Of a stretch of 64,000 nucleotides of DNA, positions 40,294-50,478 are shown piece by piece (position 1 is the stretch's first letter; every line of letters begins with the position of its first letter). Source of the stretch: Thermodesulfobacteriota bacterium (GTDB lineage Bacteria; Desulfobacterota; Desulfobacteria; Desulfobacterales; C00003060); assembly GCA_034189385.1 (NCBI GenBank), contig JAXHVD010000008.1:98396-162395 (forward strand), in the 5' to 3' direction. The position numbers were made by a program, and so were the translations under genes. The notes under the pieces are model-generated. The model was not told the DNA's origin. It made no database searches and saw nothing but the letters and a program-made list of their open reading frames with translations.

Positions 40294-41667
40294 ATGGAAT
40301 CAATTCAAGACAATTGCGGTGTCTTTGGTCTGTATTCTGACAGGGAATGCGCCCATGACATTGTTCAGGGTATCGATTTCCTGCAACATCGCGGACAGGA
40401 GTACTGTGGCATTGCCACCTTTAACGGTGTCATACACCAAGTCACACACCACGGCAAAGTGGCCCAAACCTTTAGGTACAAAGATCTGGAACACCTGAAA
40501 GGGAGATGGGGAATCGGGCACGTGAGTCTTTGGGAGCGCCAGCCCGTTAGATGGCAGTCCCAGCTAGGGGAGATTTCCATGGCCTTTAGTGGTAACGTCC
40601 TCAATGGCGAAGACCTCATTGCAGACATGAAGATGCGCGGCAAGGCCTTCTATCAAGGGTACAACATTGAGCTTATTTCCAAGATCATCATGGAGGAGAC
40701 CGATGTGGTCGCCGGTATTAAGGCTCTTTCCAAGAAGATCGAGGGTGCCTACTCCCTGGTGGTTCTGACTGGGGAAGGTATTTATGCTGCCAGAGACATC
40801 TACGGATTCCGACCTCTCATCTTGGGCCAAAGCCCCGGCAAATATGCTGTTGCCTCCGAGTCACGGGCTATTCAAGACTTAGAGATGGACATCGGCAGAG
40901 ATGTGCGCCCTGGCGAGGTGTTGCTGATTAATGATAAGGGATGTCGCACGGTGGCGCAGCTTAACTCTCCTCGGACGGCCCACTGTGCCTTTGAGTGGGC
41001 CTACACGGCAAGCCTCGACTCTGTCATTGACGGTGTATACGTTCAACATGCTCGGAACCGGTTGGGAGAGCGGCTGGCACAAAGGGATATGGATGAAGGA
41101 GGCCTTGACGTAGACATTGTGGCTGCAGTTCCCATGTCCGGGATTGGTCATGCTATTGGGTACCACAGACGATCGAAGATCAACTACCAGGAAGTGTTTC
41201 TTTACAATCGGTATGCGGACAGGAGCTATACGCAGTCTAGCCAACTGGCTCGAGAGAAGATGGCTAAACGTAAACTTTCCGTTTTACACCATGCAGTCAA
41301 GGGAAAGCGGATTGTTCTGTGCGATGATTCCATTGTGAGGGGCACCCAGATCCTTCACAAGGTAAGGGATCTAAAAAAGGCAGGGGCCAAAGAGGTCCAC
41401 GTGCGCATTGCCTGCCCTCCGCTCATGTATCCTTGCGACTTTGGCATTTCCACACGCAGTTATAAAGAGTTGGCAGCCAGACGGTATTGTGAGGACGGAG
41501 GTATTACTTCTAAAGATCAGCTCAAAGGCCTGGAGGCCTGGGTTGCCGAGCAGACTGGTGCAGACACTGTGGCCTACAACAGCCTTGATGCCTTTGTTGC
41601 AGCCCTAGGTGTTCCCAGAACAGATCTTTGCCTAATGTGTTTTGATGGCATTCGCCCGACAGAATGA
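40294..41667 (+). CDS. purF: Amidophosphoribosyltransferase (atypical glutaminase domain)
   Basis: N-terminal CGVFG, QHRGQE, RDIYGFRPL, PRPP motif DDSIVRGT, and Fe-S cysteines (CAFEW, PCDFG, CLMC). Confidence 0.88.
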   Translation: MESIQDNCGVFGLYSDRECAHDIVQGIDFLQHRGQEYCGIATFNGVIHQVTHHGKVAQTFRYKDLEHLKGRWGIGHVSLWERQPVRWQSQLGEISMAFSGNVLNGEDLIADMKMRGKAFYQGYNIELISKIIMEETDVVAGIKALSKKIEGAYSLVVLTGEGIYAARDIYGFRPLILGQSPGKYAVASESRAIQDLEMDIGRDVRPGEVLLINDKGCRTVAQLNSPRTAHCAFEWAYTASLDSVIDGVYVQHARNRLGERLAQRDMDEGGLDVDIVAAVPMSGIGHAIGYHRRSKINYQEVFLYNRYADRSYTQSSQLAREKMAKRKLSVLHHAVKGKRIVLCDDSIVRGTQILHKVRDLKKAGAKEVHVRIACPPLMYPCDFGISTRSYKELAARRYCEDGGITSKDQLKGLEAWVAEQTGADTVAYNSLDAFVAALGVPRTDLCLMCFDGIRPTE

Positions 41668-41685
41668 AACTGAAAAAAGTGCGAG

Positions 41686-43611
41686 TTACCTTAAGAGATC
41701 CATGACACCCAGCGTCAGCCAGGGCACGTAGGTAATGAGGAGCACCACTGCCGCCATTAAGAAAAGGAAGATCAAGGCATCTCTGGAGACTCGGGTAAGG
41801 GGCTTTTCAAAACGGAAAGAAGCAAGAAAGAGATTCATACCCACTGGCGGGGTAAGATACCCTAGTTGCAGATTGGCCAGGAAAATGATCCCGAGATGGG
41901 CGGGATGGACACCAAAGGATTCGGCCATAGGCAGTATCAAAGGCACGACCACGACCAGTGCCGAGTAAATATCCATCAAGCACCCCACCAAGATCAGTCC
42001 CCCATTCAAGGCCAAGAGGAACACCCACCTTGTGTGAAGGTGTTGTATGGCCCATGCGGCGGCATGCATGGGGACCTGGGCGTCCACAAGGTAGCTTGTG
42101 AGGCCCATGGCGACGCCCACAATAATCAGTACGCCCCCCACTAGAGTGGCACATTTAACAAGCATGTCCATGAGCCCCTTAGGGCCGAAATCACGGTATA
42201 GAAAGGTCTCGGCTATCAAGGCATAGACAACGAGGACGGCCGCTGTTTCTACCAAGGTGCAGAAGCCGCCAAAAATGAGGACCAGCACAAAGACCGGCAT
42301 GATGACTTCCCATTTTGCATTCCAAAGGGCTGCGGCGGCTTCCTGGAGGCGAAAAGGGGCCCTGCCGGCACCCGTCTTAACGCCATGCCAGACGCACAGA
42401 AGACAAATGGGAGCAATGAGCAGCCCCCCGGGTACGAGGCCGGCCTTAAAGAGGTCAATAATCGGCACGTGGGCGATGACTCCGTAGACAATCACCACCA
42501 GGCTGGGGGGGAGGAGCAATCCCAGGCTGCCTGTTGCCGTGAGAAGCCCGACAGAGAAATTTTCTTTGAAGCCTCCTTTTAGGAGTACAGGCAAGAGGAG
42601 CCCGCCCAGGGCAAGGATGGTCACTCCAGAGGCCCCTGTAAAGGTCGTAAAGAAGGCACACAATAGTGTAGCGGCTACTGCCAGTCCACCTGGGATCCAT
42701 CCGAAAAGGGCTTTAAAGACGCGAACCAGGCGCTCACTGGCGCGGCCTTCGGAGAGGATGAACCCGGCCAGCGTAAAAAGCGGTATGGTTGGGAAAATGG
42801 GCGATGCCACGATACGATAGGTCTCGGCAGATATAGAGGCTATGGTGACGTCATGACCCCAGAAGAGCAAGAGGGCCGCGCCACCTAGCAAGATGAAGAT
42901 GGGGGTCCCCATGAATGCCAGCCCGATGAGCAAGGTGAGCCCAGGCGCCAAGAATTGAGAAGGGGCATGGGAGAAGAACATCGGAAGCAAAAGCGCCGCC
43001 GGAAGGCTCAGCCCCACCAGCCCTCTCACCCAAGGGCTTTTTGATGCGCAAAGAATGAAGCGAAGGGCCATGACAGCAAAGCCAAGGGGCATGATGGCTT
43101 CTGCAACCCAGATGGGTATCCATCCTGCAACGGTGCTCAGGCCTCCGCTTTCAAAGAGCCCAAAGGGCTCAAGCCAACGCTCCACAAAATCGGGGATGAT
43201 ATGCTTGGTCCACAACGGCAAGCTTGGCGCCTCTGCTACAACCAACTCCAGGCTGGCCAGAAACAATCCGGCACACACGGCGGCTGATACAAAGGCTACG
43301 AGGCAATCAACGATGCGGCTTAGGGGCTTTGGGAGTCGGTTGGCGGCTGCAGCGATCTTGATGTGTTTTCCTTCCCGTGTGGCCACCATGGCACCGAGAA
43401 ACCCGATCCATAGTGTAAGATGCTGGACATATTCCGTTGCACCGGGAATACCGTTATTAAACCAGGTGCGCCCCACCAACTCCGCCACCGGGATGAGCGC
43501 CATGACAAGAAGGGCTGCTGCCAGGACAGCATTTTCGATTCGGTCTGCCCACCAGGACAGGCGTCCGAGGATACTTGCAGTGGCAACAGGGCTTTGGGGA
43601 CGATGTTTCAT
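41686..43611 (-). CDS. TRAP transporter fused small+large permease (DctQM)
   Basis: N-terminal DctQ-like region (GAMVATREGKHI) and DctM motifs IPLFTLAG, LLLPPS and YLTPPVGMNL. Confidence 0.93.
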   Translation of the reverse strand: MKHRPQSPVATASILGRLSWWADRIENAVLAAALLVMALIPVAELVGRTWFNNGIPGATEYVQHLTLWIGFLGAMVATREGKHIKIAAAANRLPKPLSRIVDCLVAFVSAAVCAGLFLASLELVVAEAPSLPLWTKHIIPDFVERWLEPFGLFESGGLSTVAGWIPIWVAEAIMPLGFAVMALRFILCASKSPWVRGLVGLSLPAALLLPMFFSHAPSQFLAPGLTLLIGLAFMGTPIFILLGGAALLLFWGHDVTIASISAETYRIVASPIFPTIPLFTLAGFILSEGRASERLVRVFKALFGWIPGGLAVAATLLCAFFTTFTGASGVTILALGGLLLPVLLKGGFKENFSVGLLTATGSLGLLLPPSLVVIVYGVIAHVPIIDLFKAGLVPGGLLIAPICLLCVWHGVKTGAGRAPFRLQEAAAALWNAKWEVIMPVFVLVLIFGGFCTLVETAAVLVVYALIAETFLYRDFGPKGLMDMLVKCATLVGGVLIIVGVAMGLTSYLVDAQVPMHAAAWAIQHLHTRWVFLLALNGGLILVGCLMDIYSALVVVVPLILPMAESFGVHPAHLGIIFLANLQLGYLTPPVGMNLFLASFRFEKPLTRVSRDALIFLFLMAAVVLLITYVPWLTLGVMDLLR

Positions 43612-43754
43612 ATAAGATCACGGAAGCATTGAAAATTGACAGCTCAAAGGAAAAAGAAGACCGCCTTTGGGCTCTGAGCACAAGATGGACACCTATGGCA
43701 CAGTTTCATCAATTTGGCTAGATCATTTCTTCGGCCATTGACTACCCCAATGTT

Positions 43755-43905
43755 GTCATTCCGGCCCCGTATCAAGTACGGGGTAGACTACAGCCGGGCA
43801 CGTAGGGACTCTGTTCAAGCGGCCACGCGCAACCGTTAGCGCTAGCCAGACAGTCACTGGATGCCGGATCCGTCATCCCGGACCCCGATCCTGGACCGGC
43901 ATGAC
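43755..43905. repeat. GTCATTCCGG...CCGGCATGAC REP-like doublet (family C) with nested inserts
   Basis: Terminal IR GTCAT(T)CCGG/CCGG(C)ATGAC; contains the CCCCGTATCAAGTACGGGG hairpin and a 48-nt module also present at 61357 and 34016. Confidence 0.75.
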
Positions 43906-43930
43906 GGGTTTCGTATAACTTGTTGCCAGG

Positions 43931-44953
43931 CTAATATTTTTTTGGGGGACGCTGACGGGAACGCGATCGGCATTCGTCCAGTATGACGCGGACATTATCG
44001 TACATGGCTTTTGAGAAGCGGGGTCCCACGAAGACCGGGTAGGCCTTTTCCCGAACAAGGGCTTCCCATTCTTGCTGAGCCTGGACAGGCACTGCATGAA
44101 CAGTGAGCCCGTGCTTCTTCATGGCAGTAATGGCCTCCTGTTCTAACTGGCGAATGCGTTTCTGCAACTTGGCCCCGGCCTTGCGGGCCGCCTCTTCAAG
44201 CATGGGGCGAAGATCAGCCGGGATACTGTTCCATTTTTTTATGGAGACAACAGTTGTTCCGGGAAGGGGTTGCCAGCGAAGATCTGTCATATGGGATGCG
44301 AGGGCAAACCATTGGAAAGACAAGGCCGCAGCCGGGGGTGCGGCAAAAGAGTCGATCAGGCCCGTTTGCAGCGATGGGAGCAGATCGGTGATGGCAAGAC
44401 CCACAGGATTGAAACCAGAGTCTTTGAGCAGTTCCATGTAGGTGGTGTCGGAGCCCCAGAAAAAGAGTTTTCGCTTCTTCATGTCTTCCGGTCCTATGAC
44501 CGGTTCTTTCGTGAAGAAGTGAGCCCAACCGGTGGTGCTCCATGTGAGCACTTTAAATCCCTTTTTCGCCAAGCGTACTTCGAATTCCGGCCCCAGCTTG
44601 CCCATGACATAGTCGAGTTCTTCATCTGTTCGGATAAAGAGGGGAAACGTAAGGGCTTCGATGTCCGGAATGATATCGATAAGCGTCACACTCGTGAGGG
44701 CCGTGGCGTGCAATTGCCCAATGCGGATCTTACGCAACATGTCCTTTTCATCGCCGGCCACGCCTCCTGCATAGATCCTTGCGGTGACGCTGCCATTGCT
44801 CAGTTTCTTCCACTGCTGAGCTACTTCCAGCAGCGTATCATGCCAGGGCGAACCCTCGGGGGCCACCGTGCCAAGTTTGATGACTTGGGAAAATGCGGGC
44901 GTAACGCCCAGGGCAAAGAGATAGATAGATATCCAAAGGATAATTGCTTTCAC
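43931..44953 (-). CDS. dctP: TRAP transporter substrate-binding protein (DctP/TatP type)
   Basis: Signal peptide, IKLGTVAPEGSPW, GGVAGDEKDMLRKIRIGQL and LQTGLID. Confidence 0.9.
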   Translation of the reverse strand: MKAIILWISIYLFALGVTPAFSQVIKLGTVAPEGSPWHDTLLEVAQQWKKLSNGSVTARIYAGGVAGDEKDMLRKIRIGQLHATALTSVTLIDIIPDIEALTFPLFIRTDEELDYVMGKLGPEFEVRLAKKGFKVLTWSTTGWAHFFTKEPVIGPEDMKKRKLFFWGSDTTYMELLKDSGFNPVGLAITDLLPSLQTGLIDSFAAPPAAALSFQWFALASHMTDLRWQPLPGTTVVSIKKWNSIPADLRPMLEEAARKAGAKLQKRIRQLEQEAITAMKKHGLTVHAVPVQAQQEWEALVREKAYPVFVGPRFSKAMYDNVRVILDECRSRSRQRPPKKY

Positions 44954-45918
44954 TACTTGTTCTCCTCAACATCCAGAAAAAGCGCTGCACTGCGATTGAG
45001 CAACCACTGGGCTTTTTCCTGGGCCAGTGTATTGGAAAGGCGCCATCGCGGGACAGCGTCCACGTCTACGGCTAGGGCTTTGTTCAAGAGATTTTCAAAC
45101 ATGCTATAATCCTGTTTGCGCACTGCCACCGATGATGCGAGAGCTACAAACGGCCAGGCCTTCGCCCCGCCGGTGATCTCAAGGGTGCTGTGGAAGTGTT
45201 CCATGGCCCTTTCTGCGCTTGCCCCCATAGCCTCTGAGCGGCTTCCCTCATAGGTGATGAAGAACTCATGGATGACACCGTCTTCAAAATCTTCGTCCAG
45301 TGCAAGGGCACGGCGCATCATGGCCTCCACCATAGGAAGCTCCGCCACAAGGCTCATGTTGTCTACGCCCGTGGAGATAGCTCCTGCCCATCCTGCGGCA
45401 GCCCAGAAGAGCAGCGGTACATCCTTAGGTGACAAGGCATGGAGGGCCTTGCAAGGATCAGCTCTGAGTTTTCCTTCAAAGTCAGTGTAATGGAGGGTAA
45501 GCCCTGCCAGGGCATAGTCCCTCCCGCGAAGATACAGCTTGGTGGCCCGCTTTTCAAGATACTGGGCGCGTTTGAAATCGAGCTCCTCTAGTCTCTGCGC
45601 CTCCTCGTGAACAAACAAATTGGCGTACGTCACAAAGGCCTCGGCAGCGTTAAGGTGAAGATCCCAATTCTGGGCGTCGGCAGCCAGCAATGCTTCGTAG
45701 GTTTTAAGCGCAAAAGGAAGGGCGTCGCGAATCAGCTCTGGATCATTGTCTTCTACAAAGACATTAGACCCGCCGCAGGGGCCACAGAACACACCGGCAA
45801 CATTGCGCACAGCCACCCGACGTAGTGGCCCGCAACCGCTTCCGAGGGCCAATAGAAGAACCAATGAAATACGAAAGCCTCTCGGTGAGCACAGATCCTT
45901 GATCATTGTAAGGGTCAT
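44953..45918 (-). CDS. TatT-family lipoprotein of a TPAT-type TRAP system
   Basis: Lipobox LALGSGC, DNDPELIRDALPFALK.YE.LL, A.KLYLRGRDYAL and RALALDE; its stop overlaps the DctP start. Start uncertain (45906-45975). Confidence 0.82.
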   Translation of the reverse strand: MTLTMIKDLCSPRGFRISLVLLLALGSGCGPLRRVAVRNVAGVFCGPCGGSNVFVEDNDPELIRDALPFALKTYEALLAADAQNWDLHLNAAEAFVTYANLFVHEEAQRLEELDFKRAQYLEKRATKLYLRGRDYALAGLTLHYTDFEGKLRADPCKALHALSPKDVPLLFWAAAGWAGAISTGVDNMSLVAELPMVEAMMRRALALDEDFEDGVIHEFFITYEGSRSEAMGASAERAMEHFHSTLEITGGAKAWPFVALASSVAVRKQDYSMFENLLNKALAVDVDAVPRWRLSNTLAQEKAQWLLNRSAALFLDVEENK

Positions 45919-46040
45919 GGCATATATGCTTGCATGAAAAGGAGCCAGATGCAAGGCTCCAATTTTAGTACACATACTGCAATGATGTTAAAAAACGACA
46001 AGGTTTCCGTTATGATCCCATCAAGATTGTGCCCGGCTTC

Positions 46041-47075
46041 TCAGGTTCGGCCAATTCTAAGCACCTTGGCCCCCCGAATCTTCCTGGTCTTGAGCTCAAC
46101 CAAGGCCCTATTGGCTTCTTCCAATTGAAACTCCTGAACCTCAGGCTTGATCCCCATCTCTGCCGCCAGCGTTAGAAACTCGCTCAAATCCCGCCTGCTC
46201 ACATTGGCGACGCTCTTGATCTCCTTCTCCAGCCAGAGATGGGTGGGATAGTCCAGGTTCAAAAGATATTGCTTATCCACTTCTTCTTTGCGAATCGCAT
46301 TGATAACAAGCCGTCCGCCGGCTTCCAAGTTCTTCAAGGCTTCCACGATCGGCTTCCAGACCGGCGTCGTGTCAATGATGCAATCCAGTTTCTCGGGCGT
46401 TTCCTCAGCAGTGTCTCCTGCCCAGACGACTCCAAGTTCTTTTGCAAAGACCTGTTGCTTTTCAGTCCTGGCGAAGACATAGACTCTGGAATGGGGAAAC
46501 CGGTGTCTGGCCATTTGAAGCACAAGGTGTGCCGAGGCCCCGAAACCGGTGAGGCCCAGGCTCTGGCCATCTTTCATGTCCGTTAATCTAAGGGATCGAT
46601 AGCCCACGGCGCCGGCGCACAAAAGAGGGGCTGCCTCGGAATCGGAAAAGACGTGGGGAACAGGAAAGGCAAAAGCTTCCGGCACGGTCATGAACTCTGC
46701 ATACCCGCCATGGGCATCCCTGCCCGTGGCCCGGAACTGATGACACAGATTCTCGTTGCCCGCCCGGCAGAATTTGCAAGTGCCGCAAGCGGAATAGATC
46801 CAGCCAATGCCAACCCTGTCTCCAATGGCATACTTTTTTGCCTTGCTGCCGGTCTGTTCTACCTGACCTACCACCTCGTGACCCAGGATCACAGGAAGCT
46901 GAGGCGGCGGCGTTCTCCCCTCAATCTCGTCCAATTCCGTGTGACAGACGCCGCATGCCGAGACTCTGACCAGGATCTCGGTCTCACCGGGCACAGGGTG
47001 CGGCATGTCCGCCAATTCTAAAGGGGTCTCGTTTTCTTTTAGACTGCACAGATTCTTTAACACCATGGCCTTCAT
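46041..47075 (-). CDS. Zinc-dependent alcohol dehydrogenase family protein
   Basis: CGVCHTE, GHE, structural Zn motif CGTCKFC...C, PLLCAG and GFGASAH. Confidence 0.95.
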   Translation of the reverse strand: MKAMVLKNLCSLKENETPLELADMPHPVPGETEILVRVSACGVCHTELDEIEGRTPPPQLPVILGHEVVGQVEQTGSKAKKYAIGDRVGIGWIYSACGTCKFCRAGNENLCHQFRATGRDAHGGYAEFMTVPEAFAFPVPHVFSDSEAAPLLCAGAVGYRSLRLTDMKDGQSLGLTGFGASAHLVLQMARHRFPHSRVYVFARTEKQQVFAKELGVVWAGDTAEETPEKLDCIIDTTPVWKPIVEALKNLEAGGRLVINAIRKEEVDKQYLLNLDYPTHLWLEKEIKSVANVSRRDLSEFLTLAAEMGIKPEVQEFQLEEANRALVELKTRKIRGAKVLRIGRT

Positions 47076-47458
47076 AAGAACCTCCGTTTCTCATCCCTTG
47101 GATGCTGCCCCGCGGCACCTCTGGCGGCCATAGAGGTCGGCCTGGGTCTCATAGACCAGGACCGCCTGCGTCCATCCGTCTTGGACGGTTGCACCAATGT
47201 CACAATGGCGTCAGTTAGGGTCGTTTCCAAGGGTGTCGACAAACCCAGCATAAGGAGGTGGTTGAAGTGCTCACCACTTCAAGAAGGATGCACCAGAGGA
47301 CGGAACACTCCAAAAGGCCCACGATGATCTGTTTTACTACCTCTTTTATGGGTGCCTATCTAAGTAAGAATAGGGCCTGGGAAGCGTGACGCCTTTTTCG
47401 TCAATTCTTTGACGGCCTGCTTTGGAAACGGACGTTCCGGTGAGCAATCATTGAAACC

Positions 47459-47953
47459 CTAGTCCAGATCCAAGTTCACCTTGCATCTGTTGCATCGGAC
47501 AACGCCTCTAAAGACCCTGTTGCCGCATTCAGGGCAGACATAGCGGGCCTCTTCGTCCCTCACCCATTTTTCCGTTCCCACCTCCCGCCAATAAGGGATG
47601 GCCCTTAAGATGACCCTCTTTCCCACGGTCATGGGAAAGTTGTCCACATGATGACAGGGAAAGTCATCACATTGGTGACAGCCGAGATAACCCTTTTCTC
47701 TTGCGCATTCTTTGATATCGCATTGTCGACAGTGTATGAAGGGCTCATCAGACAGGCACCCACGGCAATGAATGTCTGCTATTGTAAGACCATCAGCATT
47801 GGGAAGCTTGCCCTTGCCATGGACCTTGCCCTGGTAGACGTGGAGCAATCTCTCCTTGAATTTCTCATTATTGTCGCGATGGGCCATGTAGACGGCGCAG
47901 ACGCCACAATAGAGGCCACAAGGAGCAATAAGGTCCGGATTGATGGTCATCAT
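47459..47953 (-). CDS. DUF3795-family Cys-rich protein
   Basis: APCGLYCGVC, CRGC, C..CDIKEC and CHQCDDFPC, plus C-terminal CPECG...CNRC. Confidence 0.85.
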   Translation of the reverse strand: MMTINPDLIAPCGLYCGVCAVYMAHRDNNEKFKERLLHVYQGKVHGKGKLPNADGLTIADIHCRGCLSDEPFIHCRQCDIKECAREKGYLGCHQCDDFPCHHVDNFPMTVGKRVILRAIPYWREVGTEKWVRDEEARYVCPECGNRVFRGVVRCNRCKVNLDLD

Positions 47954-48038
47954 TTTCCTCTACAATGGTCATGCCACTGTAAGTAAAAAAGCACCCGCTG
48001 TAGCGGCTCCAGTCTCTCCCTTGCAAAGGGAAATCCAC

Positions 48039-50033
48039 CTACCGTCGAGCCTGGAGGGTACTTTCTAGGTACTCTTTGGCGTCTCGGTTATCCAGGGCAG
48101 CGGCTGCCTTGAAGTCCTCCATGGCTGAAGCCTCATCGCCTGACAAGAGGTACACCCTGCCTCGGCCGTAGAGATAGAGCCCTTTTCTGTTCCCCATGTC
48201 CATGGCCTTGTCAATAGAAGCGATGGCCTCTTTGTACCGGCCCAGTTCCCCAAGGGATATCCCTTGTTGAAAATAGGCGTTGCTATTTTTCGGGTCCATT
48301 TCGATGGCCCTTTTATAATAGGCGATGGCAGCCTTGTCGTTTCCGTAAGTGGCGCACAATGCCCCTTTATGGAGCTGTTGGGTGGCAGGGTCTACTTCAG
48401 GGGGCTCAGGGAGCTTTTCCTCTACCTCCGCTCTTTCACGAGGGGACTCAGCTGGTGCTGGGGCTTCTTCAGGGGCTGGAGCCAGTTGCCCCATGTCCTT
48501 GAATTGGGCGATCATGGTCTTGATGTCTTTCGTCATGACTGCAAAGCTTCCACTGGCCCGGCCAGCCTTGATGTCAAATTCAGAGACCATTCTGCCCAGC
48601 TTCGGCAAGGGGGGGGCGTCTTGGGGCATCATCTGGGCGAGGAAGTCCAGATAGTCGCCCATATCCATATCCATGGTCATCAACGGCCCCTCGGCAGGTT
48701 GCTCCTTCACGGTCTTGGCCACATCAATGAGCCTGGCGATGGCCTCGTCCGTATCAGCTGCGAGAAGTAGATTGCCCACAGTGGTCATGCGCATTTCATA
48801 TGCTGTCCAGGCCAAGGTCTGGTCAGCACCTGGCGCCCCCGGTCCCTGAGGGTAGGGAAACTGCGTCTTCATGCCGATAACCTTGTATCCTGCCACGGTG
48901 CTCTCAGGGGTCCTGGCGAAAAAGGGATCCATTTTAGTGCCTGTCTGCTGTTGAATCATGGCGGCCACATCTTGGCTGTATTCTGCCATCCAGGGGACAT
49001 AGACTGTTTCCAAGAAATCAGGCGCAGCAGTGGCCTCCGTGTCTTTCAGTACGCTGATGACTTCCATGGCCATGCCTTCTTTTCCAAAGGAGATCCCGCC
49101 TGCCATCTCTCCGGTGAAACTCTCACAGATGGCCGCTAACTCGGAAAAATCGATCCCCATCTTCTTGTAGAGATCGCCAAAGCAATCATCGATGACTCCC
49201 ATCACCGCTGCCATATCGAAACTGCGATACCTGAAGTTGATCTGATGATCTGGCTTGAAGGAATGAAGGAGGCTCGTCTGGCCACTTTCCACAAAGAGCT
49301 CGGCCAGCTTGGTTTCAGGTGCTGCTTGAACTTCAAAAGAGGTGGCAAACCGGTCTTTGTCAAGGTCCAGCCCCATGGCAAGCACTTCCACCTGACCTGC
49401 TGTGTCCAGCATCTTCATGGCAGCCTCCTTGATGTCTTGAGGCGTTGGGCCGAACTGCTTCGTTGCTTCTGGGGGCGGTATCTTATCCAGGTTGCTGAGG
49501 CCCGCTTGGATCTGGGCATCGGCCGCGTTTATCAGCCTGCTCAGGGCCATCTCCATGGTTAAGACGCCCTTTGATTCAGATGTGGCCGCAGCGATGAGGG
49601 CCTCTTTGGTGGCTTGGGAAATATCTTGCCCAGGGCCGGGCGGAAGGCTCATGAGATAGTAGTCGGGCCCAGGCAGGGCGTTAAAAGTCGACCGAAAGCC
49701 CTCATTGGCCTCTCTAAAAGGCACGAGGAGGCTCGCCTTGGGCTGGCTCTGGCCAGCGATGAACTCAAGACCAATGACGATGGAGCGGGTAGGATCCATC
49801 CAATCGGTGCCCTGGAGCATACCCTTGAGTTGGGCTGACGGAGATTGGCCTGGTTCCATACCTGCCAGGTCGTCAATGAGGTCCAGGGTCTCCTGGATCC
49901 TGGTGATTTTCACCACGAGATCCAGGGGTGAGGCCGCCTCTTGTTGTGCCCACAGCAGAAAAGGGCATCCAAGAAGCAGTGCCAGACAAAGCAGAATCTT
50001 GAAAAGCTGAGGCTGAATAGCTTTTGTGTTCAT
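48039..50033 (-). CDS. Exported protein with C-terminal TPR repeats
   Basis: Signal peptide, Pro/Glu-rich linker and three TPRs. Confidence 0.8.
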   Translation of the reverse strand: MNTKAIQPQLFKILLCLALLLGCPFLLWAQQEAASPLDLVVKITRIQETLDLIDDLAGMEPGQSPSAQLKGMLQGTDWMDPTRSIVIGLEFIAGQSQPKASLLVPFREANEGFRSTFNALPGPDYYLMSLPPGPGQDISQATKEALIAAATSESKGVLTMEMALSRLINAADAQIQAGLSNLDKIPPPEATKQFGPTPQDIKEAAMKMLDTAGQVEVLAMGLDLDKDRFATSFEVQAAPETKLAELFVESGQTSLLHSFKPDHQINFRYRSFDMAAVMGVIDDCFGDLYKKMGIDFSELAAICESFTGEMAGGISFGKEGMAMEVISVLKDTEATAAPDFLETVYVPWMAEYSQDVAAMIQQQTGTKMDPFFARTPESTVAGYKVIGMKTQFPYPQGPGAPGADQTLAWTAYEMRMTTVGNLLLAADTDEAIARLIDVAKTVKEQPAEGPLMTMDMDMGDYLDFLAQMMPQDAPPLPKLGRMVSEFDIKAGRASGSFAVMTKDIKTMIAQFKDMGQLAPAPEEAPAPAESPRERAEVEEKLPEPPEVDPATQQLHKGALCATYGNDKAAIAYYKRAIEMDPKNSNAYFQQGISLGELGRYKEAIASIDKAMDMGNRKGLYLYGRGRVYLLSGDEASAMEDFKAAAALDNRDAKEYLESTLQARR

Positions 50034-50173
50034 CTCATGCTCCCTCTAAGAAGGTTTCAAAAGATGTCGATGAGAACCCCGTTGGTCTCAGATCTGTGTA
50101 ACATTCAAAATCCCTTCAGAATCCCTGATCAAAGGGGTTGCTTCTGCCCTTGAACGTTACCCCGATCTCTAAA

Positions 50174-50189
50174 AGCAAGAATCATGCCT
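50174..50189 (-). promoter_or_regulatory. Sigma54-type promoter candidate upstream of the TPR gene
   Basis: Minus-strand AGGCATGATTCTTGCT has the GG-N10-GC (-24/-12) spacing with TTGC. Confidence 0.45.
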
Positions 50190-50301
50190 TAAGGGTTTCT
50201 TGCCCTTGTGACAAATGGAGCAAAGGGGGACATGGGGGACCCTCACCCTGGCCTCAGCATTCTGCCTGCAAGACAAGAACAGATGTGTGGGTGGGAACGT
50301 G

Positions 50302-50430
50302 CTAGGCCTTTTTCTCTTTCTTCTCTTCTTCGGCGAGCAAGCCCTTGGCTCTCATTTTTTTTCTTTTTTTTCTACGCCTGCGGCGGCGGTCTATCTCTCG
50401 GTGTCTTTCGATTTTTTTATGACGTGCCAT
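50302..50430 (-). CDS. 42-aa highly basic small protein (resembles DUF6800-type proteins)
   Basis: Hand translation MARHKKIERHREIDRRRRRRKKRKKMRAKGLLAEEEKKEKKA*; GGAGG/GAGG RBS upstream; follows tkt on the same strand; below the ORF-track size cutoff. Confidence 0.7.
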   Translation of the reverse strand: MARHKKIERHREIDRRRRRRKKRKKMRAKGLLAEEEKKEKKA

Positions 50431-50478
50431 ATCCCGTTACCTCTTTTCCTCCATTCATGGTCTATCGTGCCCAAGTTG

